Of a stretch of 64,000 bases of DNA, positions 37,446-49,414 are shown piece by piece. Source of the stretch: Nageia nagi (taxonomy: Eukaryota > Plantae > Pinophyta). The notes under the pieces were generated by a model that did no database searches, was not told the DNA's origin, and saw only the letters and a list, made by a program, of their open reading frames with translations. Made by a program: the position numbers and the translations under genes. Location of the stretch: contig JBITNC010000002.1 in assembly GCA_050084985.1 (NCBI GenBank), positions 6,324,001 through 6,388,000 of the forward strand, in the 5' to 3' direction. Within the stretch, counting starts at the first letter, position 1. Every line of letters begins with the position of its first letter.

Positions 37446-38089
37446 CAAGTTATTAAGGATACTATTTGATTGCATGGATATCTTACATATCACCATTGAT
37501 TAGTGTGATTATGAATTCTCCTTCCTATTTGGTTGTTATTGGTGTGAATATCTTCTTTCTTAACACCATTAATGTATGGGAGAAGTATTATCTGATTAAG
37601 CAACCTTCTTACATTGATACAATGTTGATTATTTTTTCTTTGAAAAGGAAGTGTACGAGTACCTTTGGAAAGTGTACATTCCTCTCTACATTTGTAGAGA
37701 TTAGTAATATGCTAAAATTATTAATGAAGTTACTTTTAAGAGGAAGTATTATTAACTTCATAACAAAGCATATTTTTAAACATCTAAGCATGTTGTTATC
37801 AAGGAGTAAAATTTGGTTGGGACTTTGTGTTTATTTTCCATGAAAATAAAATTTCATTGATATTTTTACCTAAACCTTGATCACTTAGGTTGGTAAAGTT
37901 ATCATCAATAAGATTTGAAGTATGAATTCTTGTCATGATTACTTCATCCTTATGAGGGTTGTTGTATTGTTTTATATAAGTGACAATAAGTATTGGCTTG
38001 GCATCTCTATGATAACTTATAGTACATTATTATACTTCGATTTTAGGAAGTTATATCCATCTTGATAGATTATTTACAAGTTGTAGTGG

Positions 38090-38487
38090 ATGGAGTGGTT
38101 AAAAAGGTTCACCATTTTCTATGACTACAAATTAATCAAGTGGTTAAAAAGGTTCACCCTTTTCCAAAATTGTAAACTAATGGAGTGGTTAGAAAGTTTC
38201 ATTCTTATCCAAAATTGCAAACTATTGGAGTGGTTAAAAAAGTTCATCCTCATCCAAAGTTATAAATTAATAGAGTGGTTAAAAAGGTTTTCTCTTCTCC
38301 AAAATTGTAAATTATTGAAGTGGTTAAAAAGGTTCATCCTTCTCCAAAGTTGGAAATTAATGGAGTGGTAAAAAAGATTCATCCTTCTCCATGATTACAA
38401 ATTGATGGAGTGGTTAAAAAGGTTCATCCTTCTCCATGATTGCAAATTGTTGGAATGGTTAAAAAGGTTTTCCCTTTTCCAAAATTA
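38090..38487. repeat. 45-bp minisatellite, 9 copies, inside the LARD
   Basis: GGAGTGGTTAAAAAGGTTCATCCTTCTCCAAAATTGCAAA.TAAT-like units start at 38092 and every 45 bp to 38452. Confidence 0.95.
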
Positions 38488-38651
38488 CATTTTTTATTTT
38501 ATGTCATATTACTTCCATTTTTGGGAAGCTTATCTATTATAATTTTATGTCACTTGACTCCTATTGTTGAGAAGTATGTTTATTGATTGATTGAAATTGA
38601 TGTTTATCGATTGATAGAAATTGAACCATGTTAGTTTCTTCCATCATATTC

Positions 38652-38895
38652 ATCTTGACTAGGTGGCATAATCAAGTTGGCATTTTGTGGCTTATACTTA
38701 TTGACTATATGGCATGGTCCAGTTGGCATTTATGGCCTATGGTTTGTAAATCTTGACTAGGTGGCATGGTCAAGTTGATGCTTGTGGCCTATGGTTCATA
38801 AATCTTGACTAAGTAGCATAGTCAAGTTGGCATTTTATGGCTTATGATTTGTAAATCTTAATTAAGTGACATAATCAAGTTGGTATTTTATGATT
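38652..38895. repeat. ~52-bp tandem array (~5 copies) with an internal hairpin, inside the LARD
   Basis: TCTTGACTAGGTGGCATGGTCAAGTTGGCATTTT.TGGC.TATG.TT..TAAA; CTTGAC/GTCAAG stem in the best-preserved units. Confidence 0.85.
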
Positions 38896-41839
38896 TGTTT
38901 TTCATCCAAGTTATAATATTGTTGATGGAGATCTTAAACCTCCACTTCAACATGCTTAGAAAGGGATAAGAACATAAGCATCTAGAGATGAATTTCATGA
39001 GCCTATTGTTATGCATGATATCATTATGCATCTTGACTAATGGTATGATAAAATTGGAAATTAATGTTATTTCCTAATTCATTGATGGCATGGAATTATT
39101 GGCTTGATGGTATGGATTACTACCTTTATGATAAGAATACTTGCCTTAATTAGTTGAAGGCAAGAAAAATATTCTTGGTGATAATCATAATATTTTGGAT
39201 AGATTATGATGAAAAATTTTGACTACTTATGTATGGTTATATGATACAAAATTATTTTTTCGATGAATACTTATTTTTGAAAATTCAATGGATATTTTTT
39301 TTAAAAGTTATTCATCACTTATAATTGATGTTATTATTTATAATCCCTAACTTTGGTACAAAATAATTAGATTGGTGATATCAATTTCATAAATGTCATA
39401 TATGTAAGCATGAACAACTCAATTAAAAGAGTTGATGGTATTTATTACTTCACAAAGTATTGATTACTCTATAAATAGTGATTGACATATGAACTAAGCA
39501 ACATAATTTTAGTTATGGCAAACTAAATCCCAGCTCGCTTAGCATACTTCCCAAATGAGGGAGATGTGTGAGAAGGTGTTTAGAATAATGTTGAGAAATA
39601 TTCATCAATAGGCTTACAATCTACTCAAAAGATTGCTAGGGACTCTTTGCAACTAAGAGATTTGGCCAATGTTTCGTTAATGGAGCATGCCAATAAGTTT
39701 GTCAATGAACCATGTTTACAATGTAAAGTGTTCAAGAGGAAAAGGGTAGTGGGAGATCAAGCATTTGACATGATCTATAAGGAGTGAAATGAGCTCATAG
39801 TTGAGAGAGAAATGATCCTTAAACATATAAAAAATTAATTGAGGAGTTAGAGACTCTAAGGAAACAGGTCACTACTTGTGTTCATCTCATTCCAAGATTT
39901 TAGTAAAAGAGGAGGCTTAGTAGTTATAAGTAAGGATTGATAATTGAAATCTAATTGTTGGGTGTTAAATAAGTTTATATTTAAAACATCCAATAGTGAA
40001 ATCAATTGGATTTCAACCTTTGTTATATGATATCATGTGCATCAATGCACTTAAATAAGTATGATATTAATTTAATGTAATGAATGCTTAATTATATTAA
40101 GACAAGCATGTTAAATGATATGTGTATTGACATATGGATAATTTAATCATCATTGTTGATTTATTTAATCCTTTCTTTAGATGAAGTTTCCCTCAAGGGG
40201 GAGAAATTATTTTGCAATGATATCAACTTGCATACAGAAAGGATGCAAAAAAATAATAGTTTAAGATGAAGTTATATGAGCCCATAAAATCTTTTAGGAT
40301 GGTAAATTTGTCCTTAAAAGAGAGTAAATTATGAATTCTTGGGAACTCTTATACTTCACTTATATAAGGATCTTTTGTTGTATAATCCCCTTATGTGCAT
40401 TGTTATACTAAGTTATACATATTATAATAACTTATTTATACACTTTAGAGCATATTATGAACTGATATGTGTATAAGGATAAACATATATTTTATGACTA
40501 TAGATTTTCTTAGCATATTTATGATGACTTATAGTGTGACTTTAGGCTTGTTTAGCATAACTTATAGTATATTATTTGATTAGTTTATGGATGGTATTAT
40601 TTGATCCATCTATCTTATATTGAAATTAATATATGATGCATCTAATTGATCTTGTTTATGAGTGGCTTGTAGATTGCAAGTGTGGAGGTTATTTACTTCA
40701 AGTATGTAAGTTCATAGAGGGTCATCATGTCAACATAACGTTGAATGAATACTTGTTCATTATAACCATTTATGATTGATGATTATTGTGTTGTAAACCA
40801 TATTTTCAAATGGTTATGTAGTTGAGCCTTATTTAGAATCTAAAGTCTATTACTTCTCAAGATATCAAGTTCTCATCTTTGAATTTATTTCTTATAGAGG
40901 AGAGCTCTCTTGCACTTTCTTTCTATCTTATCTTATCTCTACCCTAATATTTCATTAAGGGTGAGTGTTAGAACTTATAATGCATTATTGTGTAAATCAT
41001 TTAAGTATATTGTTCCTAATTAATTAAAAACAAAGGAACATATAAAATACCTAAGTTAGAAGGAAAATATTTTGTAATATGGAACAATCCATTTATTATG
41101 TGGATTATCCATATATGCAAATGTGGAGCCCCATATATTTTATATTAGGGGTATATCCACACATGCATGTGGTCCTACATGCTTAAAATAGAAGTATGGG
41201 TATATATAAAATGTGTAGGTAAAAAGCCTTACACCTACCATTCTCACCTAATGTGAGGATGTGGATATCCTATGGATGTTGGTATTTCTCTTGTGTAAAA
41301 GGGTGTACTAAAGTAAGATTTGAGCCTATAAAAGGAAGGCTAGGCTTTTTATAAAATATATAATTGTAGAAGCATTGTCATTCTACTAGTTTAGAGATCT
41401 ATGTGATAGAGAGATTGTAAGAGAGATTTCATCTTGAGAAGTAATAGATTTAGATTCAAGTGGATGTACTCTCTTAGAAAGGAACCAATATAGTTATTAT
41501 GTGTCACTTTGTGAGCTTGTTTATTATTTTGTATTTTGAGATTAATTTGGGTGTTAATTTGTTAGAAGAGAATAAGTGATCATGGTTTATGGAATCCTAC
41601 AATTCCATCACTCCTTAATGAATATCCTAAATAAGCCAAACTTTAACTGGACCAAAATTCCAAGTGTTATATATGGTTGTAAAGGTGTCAAATATAGCTT
41701 TCCAATAAGTATTCAATGCCTCAATCCACTTTGTATATCACTAATTATTTGCTTCTGAATTTTAGGATCTCTAGTTGCCAAGATAATATTGAAATTAGAT
41801 AGTCTATAAAATAATGAATTGATATACTAGTTGTAGAGC

Positions 41840-41972
41840 ACCATATGATATAAAATGATTTAAATGGACCAACATATGATATGAAATGATATAAGTACAT
41901 CATATGATATGAAATGATCCAAGTGCATTATATGATATTAAATGGTATAAATGTACCAACATATGATATAAA
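41840..41972. repeat. ~28-30-bp minisatellite (CATATGATATGAAATGAT...)
   Basis: About 5 degenerate copies of (C)ATATGATAT.AAATG.T. Confidence 0.7.
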
Positions 41973-42658
41973 ACCTCATGAAGTGATAAAAACATCAAAT
42001 ATGTTATTTAAAATCTCTAACAAATTCAAACTTGATCCCACCAAAAGATCTAAATAGACCATGTAATATGGAATTATTTAAATACAATACTATATGATCC
42101 AAAAACTAGCTTGGAGAAGAAAAGTAATTGTTCAATCCTGAAATTTTCTTAAGTGTCAAAAGTTAGTCTAAAAGTGGTAAGTTGGTAAAAAAAATGCTTG
42201 TGATACTTAGCCAAACATAAAACAAATATGTGGTTCATAAGTGGATGTCATGCTGTATAGATAGAATGATGAGATGAAAAAAATGGAATATGTTGTGGGA
42301 TTCTTCATAATTTGGTTTGTATTAGAATATTTTTACAAATAAATTATAATATGTTGTAGCAACATTGTAGAGCATATTTGAATCATTTGAGCATAATTGA
42401 AAATGTAGAACCACTATAAGAAAATTGGGCTTTTATGGTGATTTTTGTATGATGGTTTATAATCATCTTACTACAAGGAATATACAACAATTTTTAATGG
42501 TCGCTAAAATCAATCATCATACATTATATTATATGGAAATTTTTAATGATGATATAAACATTGCCCTAGTATACACTACAATTATATCTTTAACCCATTG
42601 TAAGAACTTAATTCCAAAATATAAAAAATAACTTATGTAGCACATGTCTTGCCAAACA

Positions 42659-43170
42659 AATTTGGGGTTTACCACCAAAATGCAAATGAGCAAGATGTAA
42701 ATGAGGAAAAGAAAAAAAAGGTGAGATAAGGCAAAGTAAAAAAAGGCTAGAGGGAAAATGAGGTGAGTGGAGAATCCAAGTCGATCGAAATGAGGTAAGC
42801 TCGAACCTGCATTATTTTCTTTGATGCCCATGTATTCCATTTATTTCAAATTATTTGATGGCTTCCTTTATGTCAGGATTAATGCCTATATTTTATATTA
42901 AATTTATGTTAGGATTATTTTTCCAATTTGGGGTTTACCACCAAAATGCAAACAAGGCAAACAAGCAATATGTAAATGAGGAAAAGGACAAATAGGCGAC
43001 ATAAGGAAAAGGGAAAAAAGGCTAGAGGAAAAATAAGGTGAGTGGAGAATCCAGGTTAATCGAAATGAGGTAAGCTCGAACCTACATTATTTTGATTGAT
43101 GCCCACATATTCCACTTATTTCAAATTATTTTATGGCTTCCTTTAGGTCAAGATTAATGCCCATATATTA
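42659..43170. repeat. Two-copy tandem duplication (~266-bp spacing) ending in a PPR-derived piece
   Basis: AATTTGGGGTTTACCACCAAAATGCAAA...GAGGTAAGCTCGAACCT.CATTATTTT..TTGATGCCCA at ~42659 and ~42925. Confidence 0.88.
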
Positions 43171-43422
43171 TATTTTTTCAAATAGTTTGATGTCTTCCTT
43201 TGCTACAACTATTCCTTGCATACCTTGTGTCTGGATTAATGCCCATATATTCCATTTTATTCAAATATTTTGATGGATTCCTTTGTGTCTAGATTAATGA
43301 CCATATATCCCATTTTTTCAAATAGTTTTATGGCTTCCTTTGTGTCTAGATTAATGCCCACATATTCCATTTTTCAAATAGTTTTATGGATTCCTTGCCT
43401 TCAACCATTCCTAGCATACCTT
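43098..43422 (-). repeat. ~59-bp tandem array derived from helix B of a PPR P motif
   Basis: Units GATTAATGCCCA.ATATTCCATTTT.TCAAATAGTTT..TGG.TTCCTTTGTGTCT; minus strand approximates TKEAIKLFEKMEYVGINPD, with GYARN-like pieces. Confidence 0.75.
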
Positions 43423-43459
43423 GTAATTGAAATTCCTTGAAATTATTTTTTCATAACAC

Positions 43460-44036
43460 ATATTATCAAATAAAACCCTTATCATCTTACTACTCCAACA
43501 TTTTGCATACATGTCTATCAAGGGTGTTATCATAGTTTCATGCAAAAGAAACCCACATCAATTTATTTATCTATGCCCCATTTTATTGAAACAAAATCTT
43601 TATCATCTTAATGCTCTTACATTTTACAAAACATGTCTATTAGGGTTGTTATCACAATTTCATGATATAGAAACCCATATCAAGTTATTTGTCTATATCT
43701 CATTTAGCTCAAATAAAACCCTTTCCATAATAATACTGTCATATTTTGCATACATGTCTATCAAGGTTGTTATCACAATTTTATGTGAATGAAACCAACA
43801 TCAAGTTATTTATCTATGTCCTATTTTATTCAAGCAAAATCCTTATCATCTTAATGCTCTTACATTTTCCATGCATGTCTATTAGGGTTGTTATCATAGT
43901 TTCATGCAAAAGAAACCCAAATCTAGTTATTTATCTATGGTCCAAATGCAATCTTTATCATCTTAATGCTCCCACATTTTGCATACATATCAATTAGTAT
44001 TTTTATCATAATTTCATGCAAAAGAAACCCACATCT
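43460..44036 (-). repeat. ~121-bp tandem array (~5 copies) derived from a PPR L/S motif junction
   Basis: TTTTGCATACATGTCTATC-like units at 43501, 43622, 43744, 43865 and 43977; minus strand approximates GFLLHETMITTLIDMYAKC.SIKMIR.LF. Confidence 0.8.
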
Positions 44037-44044
44037 AACTATTG

Positions 44045-45920
44045 GTCCATTTCTTCAACAACTCCAAACATAATTGCCAACTTTTCACTATGTTGGTAGA
44101 GAAGCAATTCTTTATAATCAACCTTCATATCATGCAATGCAGGTATTACATTTGGAATATACCCTACTACCTTCAACACACTCAATAATTTATTCAATTT
44201 TTCATATATCTCTTGTGTTTTTGGGTTTAATTTGTCTCCTACAAGAAAAGCATGCACCCTTTTATCAACTTCGATCCAACTACATCCAGGTATCTTCTTG
44301 ATTTATCTATCTTTCATCAATGTCCTTACTCTTTGGATATCATCCCAACTACCCACTTCAACATAAATATTGGAAATAAGAACATAAGATGAAGCATTTT
44401 TAGGCTTCAACAAAAAAATATTATTACCATAAATTCCCCTATTCCTACATTCTTATGTGATCTACAAGCACCAAGCAAACACATCCACACATCCAATTTA
44501 AGTTTTAGGAGCATCTTGATAATGAAGTTCAAATATTTCTGAAGATAGCTTGCATGGTCAATAAGGTTGATATAATGCATGTATAATTATTCATCCCATG
44601 AATAATACAATAAAATTCACTCATGCTATTAAAGTATTTATAACCCTCATCTATTAGACCTACATGGTTGCATGCAAATAGAACACATACAAAGGTTATA
44701 TTATCATATTTGGTTCCCAAGTGCTTCATTTGATCAAAAAGTTTAAGGGCATCCTTGTTGTAGCCATGAATTATGTATCCTCCAATCATTGTAGTCCATG
44801 AAATTGTGTCTACATCATTTATCTTGTCAAATAATTCCATAGCCTTGTATATTATTCAATATTTTACCTACATATATCTATTAGGGAATTCACAACCATA
44901 ACATTTGATGGAAATCCATTTTCAAATACTCTTTGATGAATGTTCATACCTTCTTTGAGACTTCCCATAGTAGCATATGCTGGATAGACTTGGTAATTGC
45001 ATATGCTTAAAAATATCCAGAGTCACCAAAAAATCCATTTTGTTCATATCTTAGAATCATTGCAATCCATCATATTGCATCTCAATGAGGCATTTTGTCA
45101 AACAATTCATGGGCCTTTCAACATATCCATTTTATGCATATCTTGTTATCAATGCAATCCATGAAATTATGTTTGTATTATGTTGTGCATATCTTATGAT
45201 CATTGCAGTCCATAAAGTTATGTTTGCATCATGCATCCTATCAAATAATTCTTGAGCCTTATGTATTCTTCTACATTTTGCATACATGTCTATCAAGGTG
45301 TTCACAACCATAACATTTAATGAAAAGCCATTTTCAACTACTCCTTGATGGATGTTCATACCTTCATTGAGAGCTATCATGGTGGCACACATTTGTAAAA
45401 ATGTTGGCAAAGGTTGAAGAGTTTGTCTTTACACCTGATAATTACATCTACTTGAAAGTATCTAGAGCCTTTTTAGAAAACCCATTTTGTCTCTAAAGCA
45501 TATCTTGGGATCATTGTAGTTTATGAGATTACATTATGAGGCATTTTATCAAATAATTCATAGACCCTTTCAATGTATCCATTTTGTGCATATCTTGTGA
45601 TTATTGCAATCCAAGAAATTATGTCTTCATCATGCATCTTATCAAATAATTTGTGTACCTTCTCTATGCTTCCAAATTTTGCATACATATCTACTAGGGC
45701 ACTCACAATCACAACATTCGATAGAAATTCACTTTTAAAGAGTCTTTAACCTATGTATAAACCCTATTGCAAATATCCCAATTTGGTGCATGCTTTGAGG
45801 ATGTTGGGAAAGTTGAATTGATATATTGTTGCATTTGGTGAAAAAGTGTCAAAGCCTATTAAGGAAATCTGTGTCTTTGGTAACCTAAAATTATCATATT
45901 CCATGAAAAGATATCTCATT
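44045..45920 (-). pseudogene. PLS-class E+/DYW PPR (RNA-editing factor type) pseudogene, DYW domain truncated
   Basis: P-L-S motifs (ALVDMYAKFGSIEKVHKLFDKM, TLIDMYAKCRRIHKAQELFDRM, SWTTMIGGYIIHG, VLFACNHVGLIDEG), E1/E2, PG box (KKIPGCSWIEV), HAFLVGD and HSEKLAIMFG. CxxC and the DYW end are absent; many stops and frameshifts. Confidence 0.9.
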
Positions 45921-46119
45921 CAGTCATACAATTGGAAATTTTATGGTGTCTGCTAATCTTATGTAGTTGAGTTTCGTCATTTTTTGTCTGTTTTCAATTT
46001 GATTTTACCTACTAGGCATAACATAAATGTGTGAGAAAAGCACATAAGGTACAAATTTTTAGTTTTCAAACTCTAAAATGCATTCTACTACAAATTCTAC
46101 TAACTTCATATTTTTATAA

Positions 46120-46525
46120 ATTCTACAAGCACCAAGTAAATAAGTTCAAACCAAACTCATTCTATGCATAGCATGTGATCATTGCATTCCATAATATTAT
46201 TTGAGGTATTTCCTCAAAAATTTTCACTGCCTCATCAATAAACTTGTTCTATGCATACCCTCCAATCTATGAGATTGTGTCTTTGTGTTGCATTTTCTTG
46301 AAAAGATTGTCATCTCCCTTAAGAAGTCAAATTTAGGCATATCCTGTAATCATTAAATTCCATGACATGGTGTCTCTCTATTATTTTTTGTTAAACAATT
46401 CATGGGCCTTATGCATGATCCCAAACTTAGCATACATGTCTATGAGAGTAGTCATCACAAAATCAAAATCAAAATCATTTTTTATTATTTTTTGATGGAT
46501 ATCAACAACCTCTTCCAATGATGCT
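46120..46525 (-). pseudogene. Further PLS-PPR fragments
   Basis: DFVMTTLIDMYAKFGIMHKAHELFN, DTMSWNLMITGYA and GGYA*NKFIDEAVKIFEEI. Confidence 0.7.
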
Positions 46526-47135
46526 TGAAAACTAGAATGATGTAGCATGGTAACTTATGTATTATTGATTACATCTATAGTTAACATATATTTCTCTTAT
46601 CATTTACCCATCCTTATATATTGATGTTATGTTTATTAATAGGATTACACAAATGGATATCTCTTTATGCATTGAATTAATACCCATTCCTCATGGGATC
46701 TTTTCCTTAGTGATTGAATTGGTAACAAATGGGATGGTATATATTTGTTTTGGATGAAAAAGACCTTTGTATTGATATAAAATCTCTTTCATACAAAAAA
46801 GGGGCAAGTGGAATTAAGCACACCCCATGATCAAGCACAACTGAAAATCAAAATCCCCTTCAGACTAACCCTGGGTTAGGAAAACAGGGTAGTAAACAAC
46901 AATACAAAGAAATTGCTACCATTACCTATTTTGATTTGGTAGATGGTATATATTTTTATTTTTCCTTAGATATGATCCTATGAGGTGTACTGAGAAATAT
47001 TTGCTCATTTTTTTGGCTTCATTGTGTAACTCTTCTGTATATAATTTTGGGATATGAAGTAATGAGGCATGTATACCTCCCTATCTCTCTATATTAAAAT
47101 TTATGAAGAGTTTAAAATATAGAAAAAATCTATTT

Positions 47136-47138
<3 letters not shown>

Positions 47139-47174
<36 letters not shown>
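47139..47174. repeat. (TA)18 microsatellite
   Basis: Read directly from the sequence. Confidence 0.95.
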
Positions 47175-47178
<4 letters not shown>

Positions 47179-47879
47179 AGTTTAGATTAATCTTATATAA
47201 ATATTAGATTATCTCACTCTTAAATTTAATTTGATTTTAAATCATAAGAAGAGTTCTAATCTAAGTTATGGTTGTAATTTTTCACATTCTTTTTGAACTT
47301 TATAAAAGATAAAATTATAGATACTAGAATGTATAATCCATTTGATGTATGGTTGGGAATAGGGGGTTTCCATTAGGTATTGATTGTGGTATTTTTGGAA
47401 TGTAAGGTTCTTATGTTTCTATTGCAATTATTGTATCTACTTATTTTCTGTACAATATCACGTGATTATTGTATTACTTACTTAGCCTACATGGAGATTT
47501 TTTTTTTTTTTTGGATTTTGAATTGTTAAATTACTGGTTTAGGGATTCCAAAATAAAGTTGGTATGTTGTAGCTGAAAAAACTGTAAATTATATCTATGC
47601 ATTGGATCCCATGCCTTTAGATGCATGTACTAAAGTGAGATAATATGTCACATGGCTTCAAATGCAAAAAACAAATAAAATGAGGCATCTCTTCCTCGTG
47701 CTCCTTTGTTTGTGTATGTTACTAAGTTTAGTAGGTTTTTGTTTATTATGAGTCATATTACCTTGAAGCATTTGGTTATATTAGAATCCTTTCTACAAAA
47801 GGTTAGAAAATAAAAAGCACATAAAGAGAGAGTAGTTGAGTTACAAGCTTCAAAAAATATAAGTCTAACTCTTGGTTAT

Positions 47880-48000
47880 TTTCCTAATTACATCAGATTT
47901 TATTGGCATGCTATTTCTAAAACTCTTTATGCTTCATCTAGATGCCTTGCATGACCAAGAAGGTCAAGCATACATGCATAATATTTCATATAGGAAGAAT
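47880..48000 (-). pseudogene. PPR S2-motif fragment
   Basis: KYYACMLDLLGHARHLDEA followed by MPIK.D. Confidence 0.65.
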
Positions 48001-48731
48001 ACTTGCAAAGGTTATTGAATTCAATCTAAAACTAGCCAATTTCATTTTTTTGAAAACACTTGAAGGGCCCCAATCAATAAATGACCAAATAGAGATTTAT
48101 AAAATGAGAATCTAAGACGATGGTTTAAAACCACCCTCTTACTATATATCAAGGTAGTTCAAAATATGTCTTATGTTCAATTGTAATTTTTTCTATGAAT
48201 TTATCATAAAACGATAATTATAAATCAACACTTTTTAATTGTATTTGATGCATGATATATTATGAGTTGATATAATAACTATCGATCCATTTTATGAAAA
48301 AACTTTTTGTTTTGAAATATTCCACCTATAATTGAAGTTAAATTAAACTTAAAATATGTTCATTACCACCTACTTTTTTATATGTAAAAATATTTATTTA
48401 ATGTAAATTAACATTTTTATTTTATTTTTAAAAAAAGAAGAATTCTAAAAATAAATTCTACCCCTATTTAACTACTTTAACACTTTTAAGACAACGAGCA
48501 TAGACAAAGTTCAAAGTAACACAAGTTATGTAGGCAGCAAAATTGGCTGATATAAATTATGATCCTTTAAATCCTTCAGCCAAATCTTTCATTTTAATTA
48601 GGCAGATATAATTAGGCAGCAAAATTCTGTACGCAATCTATCATTATCCAAATCTAATGCTCTATTCAAACTTTTTTTCCCAATATTGCCAATAGAGAAA
48701 ATCTGGAACTTCTGCCATCGTTGCCGCCTCC

Positions 48732-49244
48732 ATGGAGGCAATCCTCCCTATCCCATCCTACATAGCTGCCACTAAAACATTCAGCTTAACTGTACAGCAC
48801 CGATCAAACTTCATTGTTTCAAGCCCACAAAAATTCAGTAGAGAATTTCACTGTAAATCACATTGTCTTATCACCTCACACATGTGCTATTGCCATGTCT
48901 ACTCGTTGACACCCATAACTGAAAATGATGGATATGGGGTCTTCTTGGATGTGGGTATGGAAGAAAAGCTCACCTACAAAGTTAGTGTGAACGAGGATGG
49001 CTCAAGGTGGAGTGATGTGGATATGCGAAATGTTGACTCTGCACAGAGGAAGATGATTGAAGGTCTGCCTCCAAAGATGTCGGGAAGAAGCAAGGCCTTT
49101 ATCAGACATATAGTTTGTATGACAGACGAGGATGATCCATATGAATTGTTAGTGAAATGGGTGAAGATCATGAAGCCCAAAAGGTTAGATTGGCTTGCAA
49201 TTCTCAAGCAGCTGAATGCATACAACCACCCTCTATTCTTCAAG
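48732..49244 (+). CDS. P-class PPR protein, At1g01970-like, exon 1 (likely organelle-targeted); later exons not found in the window
   Basis: Uninterrupted 171 codons: transit-peptide-like N-terminus, then LPPKMSGRSKAFIRHIVC...LLVKWVKIMKPKRLDWLAILKQL...PLFFK, resembling the At1g01970 N-terminal region. AAG|GT donor at 49244/49245 (phase 0). Confidence 0.8.
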
Positions 49245-49247
49245 GTT

Positions 49248-49287
<40 letters not shown>

Positions 49288-49367
49288 CATGAAGCCCAAA
49301 AGGTTAGATTGGCTTGCAATTCTCAAGCAGCTGAATGCATACAACCACCCTCTATTCTTCAAGGTTA

Positions 49368-49411
<44 letters not shown>
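49167..49411 (+). repeat. Tandem duplication (119-bp period) of exon-1 end, donor site and (CT)n(AT)n microsatellite
   Basis: ATCATGAAGCCC...TTCTTCAAGGTTATC is identical at 49167 and 49286; only the microsatellite lengths differ. Confidence 0.95.

Positions 49412-49414
<3 letters not shown>

Larger units (their letters stand above)
33827..41610 (+). mobile_element. Non-autonomous LTR retroelement (LARD-like), 7784 bp; 5' LTR 33827-34490, 3' LTR 40966-41610
   Basis: LTRs both TGTTAGAACTTATAATGC...ACAATTCCATCA; perfect TSD CTCCT (33822-33826 / 41611-41615); PPT-like AAGGGTGAG before the 3' LTR; TATAAAAGG in each LTR; no gag/PR/RT/IN motifs recognised in the 6.5-kb interior. Confidence 0.92.

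Noticed and set aside
37062-37843. ORFs in and next to the 116-bp array
   Set aside because: The unit is not a multiple of three and frames shift between copies; the 125-aa ORF has no recognisable motif.
38090-38895. CRISPR-like appearance of regular repeats with hairpins
   Set aside because: No unique spacers (whole units repeat), no cas genes, eukaryotic TE context.
48732-49292. 186-aa ORF as a complete single-exon protein
   Set aside because: The tail ISLSLSLSIYIYIS is microsatellite read-through past the GT donor at 49245.
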